A DNA stretch of 49,204 nt from a virus. Lineage: Duplodnaviria > Caudoviricetes. Each line of letters starts with the position of its first letter. Within the stretch, counting starts at the first letter, position 1. The notes under the pieces are model-generated. The model searched no databases. It saw nothing but the letters and a program-made list of their open reading frames with translations, and was not told where the DNA came from. The DNA is taken from the IMG/VR virus record IMGVR_UViG_3300037634_007276, positions 1-49,204 of that record. One strand, given 5' to 3'. Both the position numbers and the translations under genes were made by a program. Positions 38,017 to 47,046 of the stretch are shown piece by piece.

Positions 38017-38638
38017 TTTTTAATAGCGCTGTGGCTTCCTCGTAATCTTTTTGTTTCATTATATGATAGTGTGCGTTCAGACCTTTCAGAAATGGGAAAT
38101 GAGAGACTTTTGTATAAACTAGATTTATAGAAGGGTAAAAAACCTTTAGCCTCTTTGAAAGATATTCTTTATCAACGGCGCCATAAGCTGCATATCCATT
38201 AATGTTTACAAACACTTTTATGTTGTTAATGTTGTTTTCTTGTATAAATCTCAGTCCTTCCCAAATTGAACCCTCGGCACACTCACCATCGCTTATTAAA
38301 CAATAGACGCGTCTTTTTTTATTCGCCAGTGCTCGACCAATTGCAACAAGTAAGCCCAGCCCCAAACTTCCAGTTGAGCAATACAATTTATTTTTTTCAT
38401 CTCTATGTGGATGGCCACCGTGCAAATCAAAAAGTTTTTCAGCGTCTATCCCGTAATACTTTTCAATAGCAACATATAGCGAAAGGGCTGCGTGGCCACA
38501 CGAAAGAATAAATATATCGTCTTTTTCCATTTGTGAAAAAATATTATCAATTATTTCTAAGCTTGAAAAATAGCTGCCCAAATGAGATAACTTTTTCTTA
38601 TAAGCAATATTCAGAACTCGCTCTTTCAAAGAGACCAT
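38000..38638 (-). CDS. Transketolase ThDP-binding N-terminal subunit
   Basis: SHLGS, FILSCGHA, GHP, STGSLGLGL, SDGECAEGSIWEG...N ThDP motif, HY. An alternative start exists at 38650. Confidence 0.88.
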   Translation of the reverse strand: MVSLKERVLNIAYKKKLSHLGSYFSSLEIIDNIFSQMEKDDIFILSCGHAALSLYVAIEKYYGIDAEKLFDLHGGHPHRDEKNKLYCSTGSLGLGLLVAIGRALANKKRRVYCLISDGECAEGSIWEGLRFIQENNINNIKVFVNINGYAAYGAVDKEYLSKRLKVFYPSINLVYTKVSHFPFLKGLNAHYHIMKQKDYEEATALLKNEKNI

Positions 38639-39348
38639 TTTTTTCTCCAAAAATCCTGTATCATTTTATCATAATTTTTTGGATCTTTATGCATATCCCA
38701 AGTGGCTTGCCCGGGGTGCCATCTATAATAGTAGCCCAGCCATCTGTTTGCTGGATAAACAAATATCTTTAAGTCTGCCAGCCTACAAACTAAATCGTAA
38801 TCTGCGGCGCCGCTATAAATTTCTGGTTTGGTTCTTAAGCGACCCTCATCAAATAGTTTTCTGTTGTATATAATAGTTGGGCTGTTAACAGGGCAAGCGG
38901 ACACTGCTCTTTGCTTAAACTCTGATAAATTTTTATAATTATGAGAAACTTCTTCTACAATCATATTTTGTTCACCCCTGACGCCTCTTATTGGACTCTG
39001 AAACGCCATTATTTTGTCTGGGGCGCTCATAATATATTTCATACAATTAGTAACATATTTTTGGTCCAAAAAATCATCAGAAGCCAATGTAAATAAATAT
39101 TTTCCAGTCGCCAAAGAAAAACCTTTATTTCTTGCTTCATCCCAACAGTGTGGATAAATATTTTTTTCTACGCTACAACTGAGTCTGGAATCTCTTATCG
39201 ATTTTAAAATCTCCAAAGTTTCATCGTCGCTTTCGTTGTCAACCGCAATTACCTCTATGTCTTCATAATCCTGTTTTAAAGCAGATTCGACACACTGTTG
39301 AATCCATTTTTCTGCGTTGTAACAAGGTATAATAATACTTATTTTCAT
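38626..39348 (-). CDS. Glycosyltransferase family 2
   Basis: ISIIIPCYNAEKWI, VDNESDD, ARNKG, LASDD, DYDL, YYYRWH. Confidence 0.92.
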   Translation of the reverse strand: MKISIIIPCYNAEKWIQQCVESALKQDYEDIEVIAVDNESDDETLEILKSIRDSRLSCSVEKNIYPHCWDEARNKGFSLATGKYLFTLASDDFLDQKYVTNCMKYIMSAPDKIMAFQSPIRGVRGEQNMIVEEVSHNYKNLSEFKQRAVSACPVNSPTIIYNRKLFDEGRLRTKPEIYSGAADYDLVCRLADLKIFVYPANRWLGYYYRWHPGQATWDMHKDPKNYDKMIQDFWRKKWSL

Positions 39349-39351
39349 TTT

Positions 39352-40263
39352 TCACAAAGACAAAAGTTGCTGCACCCGGTGTGTGTAGCAATGGTTGTCT
39401 AAAATATTTTGTCTGTTTTCTTCTTTTATATCGCCTAGCTCTTTTTCAGTTAATGATAGATACTCCTTTGTAAACTCAATCAATTCTGTCGGAGTGTTAG
39501 AAGTTTTTATATCTGGAAACATTCTCTCTAGTTGTCCAACTTTATCTGATATTAATATACCATTTAGTCCCAAAGATTTAAAGGTTCTTTCGTTCGTATC
39601 AAACCCTAACGTTCTCTGATAGGCATCGTGTATGTTAATGGTTACTTTGCTGTTATATAATATTTTATTTTCTTGTTCGTGTGAAATTCCCCTATTAATA
39701 AATATTCCGCACCTTAAATCTGAATTCATAAATTCTTTGAAACATTTTAACATTATCTTTCGCTTTTCGTTAAATCCGTTGTTTGCCCAACCACCGACAA
39801 AACAGATATCGTATTCATATTTTTTGTCTTGGGCCGGCTTATAAGAAATAGAATCATATGCTAAAGGTACTGTATTAACTTTTTTCCACTTGTTGTGATA
39901 TGAAACGTTATCTCCAAAACACCATAAATATACATTATCTAAACCATTTAACATATCTATAACCGAGTCTGGGCAAAGACACTGAAAATTACTGTGGGTG
40001 CCCCATGGTAATGGAAAGCTGTTTGGTTGAACAAATATGAATGTCTTATAACTTTTTTCAATCATTTTTTGGTCGGCGCGGCCGACGCCATCCCCAATCA
40101 TCATTAAAATGTAATCTTCATCATAATTTTTAACAACCTCGATTGCAGCTTTATTTGCGGGGTATTCCACAACCTCGTAACCCAGCTCTTGCCAAGCGCG
40201 TTGATATCCTTTGTATATCCACTTGCCGGCGTGGCTCGGGTAATCACCTACATAAACTTTCAT
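39352..40263 (-). CDS. CgeB-like glycosyltransferase (Glyco_trans_1_2)
   Basis: VPLAYD, YDICFVG, YNSKVTINIH, NERTF, HCYTHRV. Confidence 0.8.
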   Translation of the reverse strand: MKVYVGDYPSHAGKWIYKGYQRAWQELGYEVVEYPANKAAIEVVKNYDEDYILMMIGDGVGRADQKMIEKSYKTFIFVQPNSFPLPWGTHSNFQCLCPDSVIDMLNGLDNVYLWCFGDNVSYHNKWKKVNTVPLAYDSISYKPAQDKKYEYDICFVGGWANNGFNEKRKIMLKCFKEFMNSDLRCGIFINRGISHEQENKILYNSKVTINIHDAYQRTLGFDTNERTFKSLGLNGILISDKVGQLERMFPDIKTSNTPTELIEFTKEYLSLTEKELGDIKEENRQNILDNHCYTHRVQQLLSL

Positions 40264-41165
40264 TATATTTTCCTTATTTGTTCTAATACGTTTGCCAATC
40301 TAACTTTCGAATCATGCTCTTTTAAGAATCTTTTGTGGCCGGCAGATGCGATTCTTTCAACTGTTTTTGGTCTTTGTAATAATGCTTTTACTTTTTCAGA
40401 GCACTCTAGCGGCGTCTTAAAGGTGATAATTTCTTTATCAATCTCAAAAAACTTTTCTATACCATCGTGATGTTGTGTCAGCAATAGGCCATGGCCGGCC
40501 GTGACTTCAAATAATCTCTGTTTCATTTGAGTCTTTTTTTCCGGGTCGTTGGCATTGACACTTAAATTTAAACCAATTTTTGTATTGGCGTGGGCCTCAA
40601 ACAGCCCTTTTTGATCAACTCCAAATATTTTTTGTATAGGGGCGTCGACTTGATCAAAAAAAGCTTTACGCTCAGGGTTGGGGGCGCCAATGAATGAAAT
40701 ATCAATGTTCTTTTCAGAAAATTGTTTCACCGAATAAAACTTAGAGTTGGCGTGCCAATTGCCCAACACTATATTGTCATAACCAGCCTCTTTATACTTC
40801 TCTATGTAGGCCGGCTCCGGGGTTGAGCATACATTAAAATAACGACAAGTAAAACTAGAAAAGCTGTTAAATCTCCAAGTATCATCACAAAACCAGTTGA
40901 ATGTTTTAGTGCGGCCGCGGCTGGTCTCCTTTTTAACGCTTTCCCAAGGTTCGTGTGGCGCCACTCCTCCATTGTTAGTAAAACAACACCACACCAAATC
41001 TGGCTTGAATTCCTCTAATATTTTATCATAATCTTTTTCTTCTGGGGCTACAGTGTCATACCAATAGACCTCGTGTCCTAATTCTTTTAATGGCGAATAA
41101 ACATACCAGTATCCAGAATCAGGCATGCCGCGATATGTTTTGTTCAGAGTCAAAAGTATTTTCAT
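40263..41165 (-). CDS. CgeB-like glycosyltransferase (Glyco_trans_1_2)
   Basis: WFCDD, DISFIG, KIGLN, KQRLFEV, FEIDKEI, IASAGHKRFLKEH. Confidence 0.85.
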   Translation of the reverse strand: MKILLTLNKTYRGMPDSGYWYVYSPLKELGHEVYWYDTVAPEEKDYDKILEEFKPDLVWCCFTNNGGVAPHEPWESVKKETSRGRTKTFNWFCDDTWRFNSFSSFTCRYFNVCSTPEPAYIEKYKEAGYDNIVLGNWHANSKFYSVKQFSEKNIDISFIGAPNPERKAFFDQVDAPIQKIFGVDQKGLFEAHANTKIGLNLSVNANDPEKKTQMKQRLFEVTAGHGLLLTQHHDGIEKFFEIDKEIITFKTPLECSEKVKALLQRPKTVERIASAGHKRFLKEHDSKVRLANVLEQIRKI

Positions 41166-41998
41166 TTAACTTTTTCCAATATTAAATCAACTATGGAATT
41201 TCTTTTTTCTCTCATATGATCAATCAAGCCTTTGCCCTTCAAACTGAACCATTGTTCCTTCGTTGCGCCGACCAATTGATTATTTATCGTTTTCATGCCA
41301 AGCATTCGCGCCTCCACAACTACCCTAGCAAGAGTTTCAGGAGTTTTCGGAAAAAAGATAAACTTGTCGCAGTGACTCATTTCTCGTAAAAAGTCGTAAT
41401 AAGACAAGGACGGTATTAATCTGTACTCTAGCCCCTTAACAACACAATAGCGAAGCGCGCCTGAAGTGTTCTTGTGTCCTGTGGGCGAATCCATAACTGC
41501 GCAAATGTCTTCTTTGTTTCCTGTTGAGAGTTGCTGTATAAAATCTAATGTCTTGGCTGCCCAAAGATTGCCGCTCAGATTATGAATGTTATCTAGTTGT
41601 AAATTATCTCTAACGATGCCGGCATGGAACGTACTTTGACAAAACACCGCTTTTGCATTTTGATAAAAGTCATAATTTATGATTTCTTCTTTGGGGGCTA
41701 AAAACTTCTCATAGGTTGCGGGGTTCCGAGATTTAAGATATTTATGATCGTGCTCATATATAACATAATTCTTGTTTAGTAGAAACTCTATTGAGTTTTT
41801 TGGCAACTGAATGAAATTCGCAACTATAAATTTGTGATTTACTAAGCTTTCTAAGTATTCTGCGGTAGCGTTAATGCTTTTAATTTGTTTGATGCTGTGG
41901 GAGCGCGATTGAACAATGTTGATAAACTCCTGATTGTTGAGTTCGCCGCCACCGGGGATCTCATCTGCAAAATAGTCCGCAATAAAACATATGTTCAT
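41162..41998 (-). CDS. Putative GT-B glycosyltransferase (278 aa)
   Basis: GGGELNN N-terminus, YEHD, FFPKTPETLARVVVEARMLG (E-x7-E). Confidence 0.7.
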   Translation of the reverse strand: MNICFIADYFADEIPGGGELNNQEFINIVQSRSHSIKQIKSINATAEYLESLVNHKFIVANFIQLPKNSIEFLLNKNYVIYEHDHKYLKSRNPATYEKFLAPKEEIINYDFYQNAKAVFCQSTFHAGIVRDNLQLDNIHNLSGNLWAAKTLDFIQQLSTGNKEDICAVMDSPTGHKNTSGALRYCVVKGLEYRLIPSLSYYDFLREMSHCDKFIFFPKTPETLARVVVEARMLGMKTINNQLVGATKEQWFSLKGKGLIDHMREKRNSIVDLILEKVK

Positions 41999-43266
41999 CA
42001 GTCATGCACTTCTACATCCAGACTGTTAAGCCAGTTTTCCACTTCGAATTCCTCTTCAACAATAATATGTGATACAATCTGTTTATAGATTTTTTCTTCT
42101 GAGAATTCTTTAAGAAGATATTTCTGAAGTTTCTTTGCTCTCGACTTTATTCTAGAGTAGTCCCTGTAGACCTCTCTCATCTTCATCTTTGCGCTGCCCT
42201 GTTCTGGATATGCCCACATTGACTCCCTCTCAAGTACGCCTTCCCAAACTGCAGCTTCTTGAATAGGTCGAACATCAAATGAAACCTTGTTGTAAAAAGA
42301 CTTTCTTTTTTCCTTTTTGGTTTTCTTGTCTTTTACTGTTATATAAAGGAAATCAGTCTGGCCGCCCCAGTCGTGTGATATCACCGGTATGCCGCAATAG
42401 GCGGCCTCAAACAGCGGGAGGCCGTAGCCTTCGCCGTGTGTTAAAGAGATCAGTGATTTGATTTTGGGATGACTGTATAACGAGTGAACCTCGTCATTGT
42501 CCATGTAGCCGTGTAGCAGGTACACCTTACACTTTCTGTCGGGGTAGTTTGAAAGAATACTTTGTAAGCGCTTTTCGGCATGGTTCTTGTCTATTACTGA
42601 GTTGTTAACAATGTTGGCCTTAATAACTAAGCCGACCTCTCTATCAACAAACTCCTCCACAAACCATCGAATGGTGTTTTCTAAATTTTTACGCACTCCC
42701 CATTGAGCGACCACCAAGAAGTTGAAGTCATATTCTAATTCTAGTGGCAGTTTTGTTTCAGTAAATTCTCTTACTGGATAATTAACCACTTCAATCGGTG
42801 TTGTCAGCTTAAGCTTTTCACCCGCGTTTGAGGTATACTCTGTTTCCTCATAAACTTTTTTGCTAAAATCTGAAGGTACTATGATCTTTTCCACGAACTG
42901 ATTGCCGGCTTGGATCCAACTTTGAGACACCTTGTTTGATTCAATTCCGGCGGTGATTCCTATGTTTTTGGTGGCGCCGCCGTTTACTCTGTATTGTTGC
43001 CACTCTAGTGGAATTGTGATCATTAAGTTAATATCAAAAGAGCCCCCTTGTGCCATATAAGCTTGCGTCTTCCCAATTAATAAGTCGAGTGTCCTGCGCT
43101 CTTCATCATCTTCCCACAGCCAAGATGTGTTTCCCCAGTTGATTGGGTTGACATATATGTCAAACACGTCTTCTCTGGTTTTTAAAGCACGATAAACTGT
43201 TCTTCCGTGCACGCCGTAACCAGATTGGGTTAAGATCGGCGCAGTAATTAAAACTTTTTTTCTCAT
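41998..43266 (-). CDS. Glycosyltransferase family 4-like (422 aa)
   Basis: TQSGYG, IIVPSDFSK, RKN, THGEGYGLPLFEAA.CGIPVI. Confidence 0.9.
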   Translation of the reverse strand: MRKKVLITAPILTQSGYGVHGRTVYRALKTREDVFDIYVNPINWGNTSWLWEDDEERRTLDLLIGKTQAYMAQGGSFDINLMITIPLEWQQYRVNGGATKNIGITAGIESNKVSQSWIQAGNQFVEKIIVPSDFSKKVYEETEYTSNAGEKLKLTTPIEVVNYPVREFTETKLPLELEYDFNFLVVAQWGVRKNLENTIRWFVEEFVDREVGLVIKANIVNNSVIDKNHAEKRLQSILSNYPDRKCKVYLLHGYMDNDEVHSLYSHPKIKSLISLTHGEGYGLPLFEAAYCGIPVISHDWGGQTDFLYITVKDKKTKKEKRKSFYNKVSFDVRPIQEAAVWEGVLERESMWAYPEQGSAKMKMREVYRDYSRIKSRAKKLQKYLLKEFSEEKIYKQIVSHIIVEEEFEVENWLNSLDVEVHD

Positions 43267-44525
43267 TATACCTCTTTAAACGTCCAAGACTTATAGTTTT
43301 TTCTAGTTTCCCAAGAGCCGTGCTTTGTATGAATTTGCTTCATAATTTTTAACCATTGTTCTTTGAACGTCTCAAAATTATAGTTTTTCATAACATGTTC
43401 TCTACCTAGCTTGCCTAGGGCCCTTAGTTCATCTTTGGGCATATTATAAACTTTCAAGAGGGCATCAATAAAGTCCTCTTTAGATACGCGGTCTTCGAAA
43501 ATGAATGGTACCTGCTGTGAACCTATGACTGCCTTGCTGGCCGGCTCGATGCCAATGCCAAACCAATTTTTCCCATCAGTAACCTGTTCCTGTAAGCCGC
43601 CGGTCATACATACAATAATCGGGGTACCGCAAGACAAGGACTCTAAAGTCGACAAGCCAAAGCCTTCAGCATCTGCAATGTTGATGACACAATCTGCCAT
43701 GTTGTACATTACAGCTAAATGCTCGTTGGTTACTTTGGCTCTAGAAAACATTATTTCTCCGTTGGCCAAGCCAAGCTCGTGAATTATCGCCTCCAAATTT
43801 GGACCGTTAGGATCGTAAGGATCTGTGTGCATAAGTAGGCAAGCCTTATCGTGTCCAACTTTGTCTAAGAATTCTTTGAACCACCAAATAACAGAACTGC
43901 TCATTTTGCGGCGAGCATTTCTGTTATTCCACAAAAATAGAAACTTATCTTCTTCCCAATTCGTGAAGTTCTCTTTCTTAACCTGTTCTATTTGTTTTGC
44001 TTCTAATGGCTTAAACGTGTCCCCTTGTATTGCATGAGGCACATATTCCCTATCTATTTTTGGGGCAACGTTCGCAACAATGTCATCTGTTAGTTTAGAG
44101 ATTGTAGCGATAAAATCATTTGACTCGTAGAACGGTTTATTATAAAACGGATATGGTACATTGTCCCAAACGTGATAATAAACCATCGGCATTAGTGGCC
44201 GAATCTCATTTTCCAACACCCACAGCCATTCATAAAATCTTGGATCGGTCATAAACCAAAGTATATCTGGCTTATGAGTCCTTATAAGTGATCTAACAAC
44301 ATCAGCAGAGCCAAAACCCTCCACCGGATAGATGATCCAATCATCTCCATATTGTTCTATTTTAATTGGATTAAAGTTTGGATGCTTTATGGCACCACCT
44401 AGAGTAATAACTGAATAATCGCCACTTTGAATTAAACACTCAATTATATTTTTGGTTTGAATACCTACGCCAGATGGGCTTAGTGGCATATCCCCTAGTG
44501 TCATGACCTTGATTTTCTTTTTCAT
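43266..44525 (-). CDS. Glycosyltransferase family 4-like (419 aa)
   Basis: SPSGVG, NRNARRK, YNMADC, AEGFGLSTLESLSCGTPII..TGGLQEQV. Confidence 0.9.
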   Translation of the reverse strand: MKKKIKVMTLGDMPLSPSGVGIQTKNIIECLIQSGDYSVITLGGAIKHPNFNPIKIEQYGDDWIIYPVEGFGSADVVRSLIRTHKPDILWFMTDPRFYEWLWVLENEIRPLMPMVYYHVWDNVPYPFYNKPFYESNDFIATISKLTDDIVANVAPKIDREYVPHAIQGDTFKPLEAKQIEQVKKENFTNWEEDKFLFLWNNRNARRKMSSSVIWWFKEFLDKVGHDKACLLMHTDPYDPNGPNLEAIIHELGLANGEIMFSRAKVTNEHLAVMYNMADCVINIADAEGFGLSTLESLSCGTPIIVCMTGGLQEQVTDGKNWFGIGIEPASKAVIGSQQVPFIFEDRVSKEDFIDALLKVYNMPKDELRALGKLGREHVMKNYNFETFKEQWLKIMKQIHTKHGSWETRKNYKSWTFKEV

Positions 44526-44528
44526 TAT

Positions 44529-45311
44529 TTACCTGCAAAATTCTGTCTTTCTGAATTCACAATAATTGCAAGAAAGACGATTTTTAATATAAAACTTCTT
44601 GTCAATATAATACAATGAATTTTTTAAAGCTTTAAGGGCATTTTCTGTTCTTTTTTTGCCGCTGGTGTTTCTAAAAATTTCTACTCTATTTTTCTTTGCA
44701 GTCCTTTTAAGGAGGGCAAAGTGTGTTTCAATGTTGTTTGGGTCAATGCCGTATTTCAAAGCAAAATAGTGTTTATAAAAAATTAACTGATAAACGATCA
44801 ATTTATTGCTTTTTTTACGAGAATCCCAACCCCAAGAGCAGGTTTTCCAATCTATAATATGATATTTACCATCGTTTGTCTTTATGACAAGATCGATGAA
44901 TCCCTTAAACTTGTATTCTGAGTCCACATACTCTTCGATTGGTACATAGATTTGTTCTTCTGCAGAAATGACTTCGTATTCTCCAAAGTATTCCTTTAAA
45001 GCCGGAAATATCTCTGGTAACAGTTCGTCGCCCTGCTTTTTCATTTGCTCTAATAATTCATTATTTAATTTATAGTCTTCCGGAAGAGAATCCAACTCTT
45101 CTTTAAACCGCGTCGAAAATAACAGTCTTGCGTGGGCTGGGCCACTTAATTCTTCTCTAGCCGTCTTCTCGCAAACGTCGTGTATTGCTGTACCAAAAGC
45201 AGTATATTCGTTTCCACGAAATTTTTTAATTTTATCGACATATTGAAGTTTGTATCTCCAAGCGCATTCGCTCCAAATTTTAAATTGCGAATAACTTACA
45301 TAGTCTCTCAT
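44529..45311 (-). CDS. PD-(D/E)XK nuclease, Cas4/AddB-like with Fe-S cysteines
   Basis: SYSQ...C.WRY, GTAIH, AEE, FKGFIDL, IIDWKT, QLIFY, CNYCEF....C. Confidence 0.88.
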   Translation of the reverse strand: MRDYVSYSQFKIWSECAWRYKLQYVDKIKKFRGNEYTAFGTAIHDVCEKTAREELSGPAHARLLFSTRFKEELDSLPEDYKLNNELLEQMKKQGDELLPEIFPALKEYFGEYEVISAEEQIYVPIEEYVDSEYKFKGFIDLVIKTNDGKYHIIDWKTCSWGWDSRKKSNKLIVYQLIFYKHYFALKYGIDPNNIETHFALLKRTAKKNRVEIFRNTSGKKRTENALKALKNSLYYIDKKFYIKNRLSCNYCEFRKTEFCR

Positions 45312-46015
45312 TCTTCCTCTTCGTTAATTTCTTCAAGTTTTTGAAATAGCACTGGGCTCATTATACCTAATTCCCGCCGATTTTTCAAGTAATAATGTTC
45401 AAAGCCAATCCCAAAATACTCCTTTAGAGACGTAACCGCGTAATTACTAGGGAATAAGCCCATTGTGAAGTGTTCTAATTTATCATAACCAATCTCTTTG
45501 TATAATAGGTTGTCGAATTCTTTATCGTATTCTGAATTCATGAAGTCTTTGTATTCGACCGGATAATCATACGCCTTCAGCAGTTGGTATAATTTTTTTC
45601 GTTTCTTCAAAAACTCAATGTGTAGTTCGCCATCGCCATAAATCTGCATGCCGTATTGCTCTTCTACTGCGTGTGATATCTCGTGAACAAGATCGTCCAC
45701 CATATCTTCTTCGTCGTCCTGTTCGTTAGAAATATATAAAGTGCCGCCTTCGTACATTGCGTTGATGTCGCGTTCGGCAAAATCTTTGAATTGGCCGACA
45801 TAGACCATCTCTATATTAGATACCATACGACGCGGTATTATTCTTTCTACTGCGCGCAGGGTGGCATTAATAGACACCGTTTCTGGCAAGGGATCTTTTA
45901 TAAAAACCGGGATACTCTTAAAGAAAGCGGTCTCTTTCCCCTCAGTTATAACTGTGCAGCTATACTGTATGTATTTGGTTAAGCCCGTCTTTTGTTTCTT
46001 CATTTTTATAGACAT
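45308..46015 (-). CDS. Putative zinc metallopeptidase-like protein (HExxH)
   Basis: LVHEISHAVE plus downstream YAVTSLKEYFG (third-ligand Glu), a gluzincin pattern. Start codon uncertain. Confidence 0.6.
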   Translation of the reverse strand: MSIKMKKQKTGLTKYIQYSCTVITEGKETAFFKSIPVFIKDPLPETVSINATLRAVERIIPRRMVSNIEMVYVGQFKDFAERDINAMYEGGTLYISNEQDDEEDMVDDLVHEISHAVEEQYGMQIYGDGELHIEFLKKRKKLYQLLKAYDYPVEYKDFMNSEYDKEFDNLLYKEIGYDKLEHFTMGLFPSNYAVTSLKEYFGIGFEHYYLKNRRELGIMSPVLFQKLEEINEEEE

Positions 46016-46211
46016 CGGTTAAAGCCTGTTCATATCCCCGTAAATAATTCTCTTCAGCAACGACCAATAAAAATTCTGGAAACTCTTCAGCCACAACCTT
46101 TATGATCATTTCCACTGTAACGTTTTCGTTTTTAGGATTTAAGGTATTACCAACATAATCTACCAGCATCTCTTTTAATTTTGTGCTTTTTTCAGCTGTT
46201 TCGCTTTTCAT
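45960..46211 (-). CDS. Hypothetical phage protein (83 aa)
   Basis: EEFPEFLLVVAEENYLRGYEQALTD. Fills the gap on the coding strand. Confidence 0.65.
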   Translation of the reverse strand: MKSETAEKSTKLKEMLVDYVGNTLNPKNENVTVEMIIKVVAEEFPEFLLVVAEENYLRGYEQALTDVYKNEETKDGLNQIHTV

Positions 46212-47043
46212 TATTAAACCTTTCTATATTTTCATCAATTTGTTGTTCAGCCAAGCCCATCTTGGAAGATATTTGTTTAAAAATATTCACAATGTCTGTT
46301 TGAGATTTAATCCCCGCTGAGTCGGAGATAAAATTAGTTATTTTATCGAGGAACCCTCCGAATTTATCAAAACCAAAAAGTTTTGCTAAATCAAAAGTAG
46401 TGTCTTCTTTTTCTTGAGGGGTCAAAGAAGGCTCCTCCATCACGTCGGTGGCCGGCTCACCGAGCCTTTCCATTGGAAAGTCGCCCGGACACTTTGTAGG
46501 TTTTAAGTTTCTATGCCTTATAATGCCGACACCAGCTTTTTGTATTTGTGCCAAGTTTGTATACTTTTTACCATCAGGTGCGACAACTTGAGGTATATTG
46601 AATTGACGACATAGGCGCGTAACCACGGCCCGGGCCGCTTCGATCTGTGCAGAAGAAAAGTCACCTCGACTAGTAATATCAACCCCAATTGAATGACGAT
46701 TCATTTTTCCGCCGTGCCAAGTATATTTGGTACCCGGGTCAACATACTCGTGGACCTCGCCGGCCTGGTCAACCTCATAATGTGTCGATAACCCTCTCTT
46801 GTTTAGTACAGCCACGGTGCTTCTGGGGCTGGAAGTTAACGTATAATGTATCACGATTAATTTAGGTGCACCGGGACGTTCTATTACGCCCTTTTGAAAA
46901 ACGTCTGTTGCGTCTTGTACAACCTCGCCAAGTTGACTAAACCATATTTTTTCTGGATCTTCTTGTTGATCACAACCACAACTATGATTTTCTACTTCTT
47001 CCTCTTCCAGAAACTCACGCCATATTTTATTTACATCTTTCAT
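46192..47043 (-). CDS. N-acetylmuramoyl-L-alanine amidase (Amidase_2), start moved to MKDVNK
   Basis: IVIHYT, STHYEVD, TWHGG.MN..SIGVD, RHR...TKCPG (His/His/Cys zinc ligands as in T7 lysozyme). Confidence 0.88.
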   Translation of the reverse strand: MKDVNKIWREFLEEEEVENHSCGCDQQEDPEKIWFSQLGEVVQDATDVFQKGVIERPGAPKLIVIHYTLTSSPRSTVAVLNKRGLSTHYEVDQAGEVHEYVDPGTKYTWHGGKMNRHSIGVDITSRGDFSSAQIEAARAVVTRLCRQFNIPQVVAPDGKKYTNLAQIQKAGVGIIRHRNLKPTKCPGDFPMERLGEPATDVMEEPSLTPQEKEDTTFDLAKLFGFDKFGGFLDKITNFISDSAGIKSQTDIVNIFKQISSKMGLAEQQIDENIERFNNEKRNS

Positions 47044-47046
47044 GTT

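Noticed and set aside
24273-44525. Ordinary bacterial O-antigen or capsule locus
   Set aside because: No Wzx/Wzy/ABC or priming transferase. Seamlessly coupled to phage-type genes on both sides and shares their CCWGG avoidance.
44529-45311. CRISPR-Cas locus
   Set aside because: No repeat-spacer array or other cas genes seen, and there is no intergenic room for an array.
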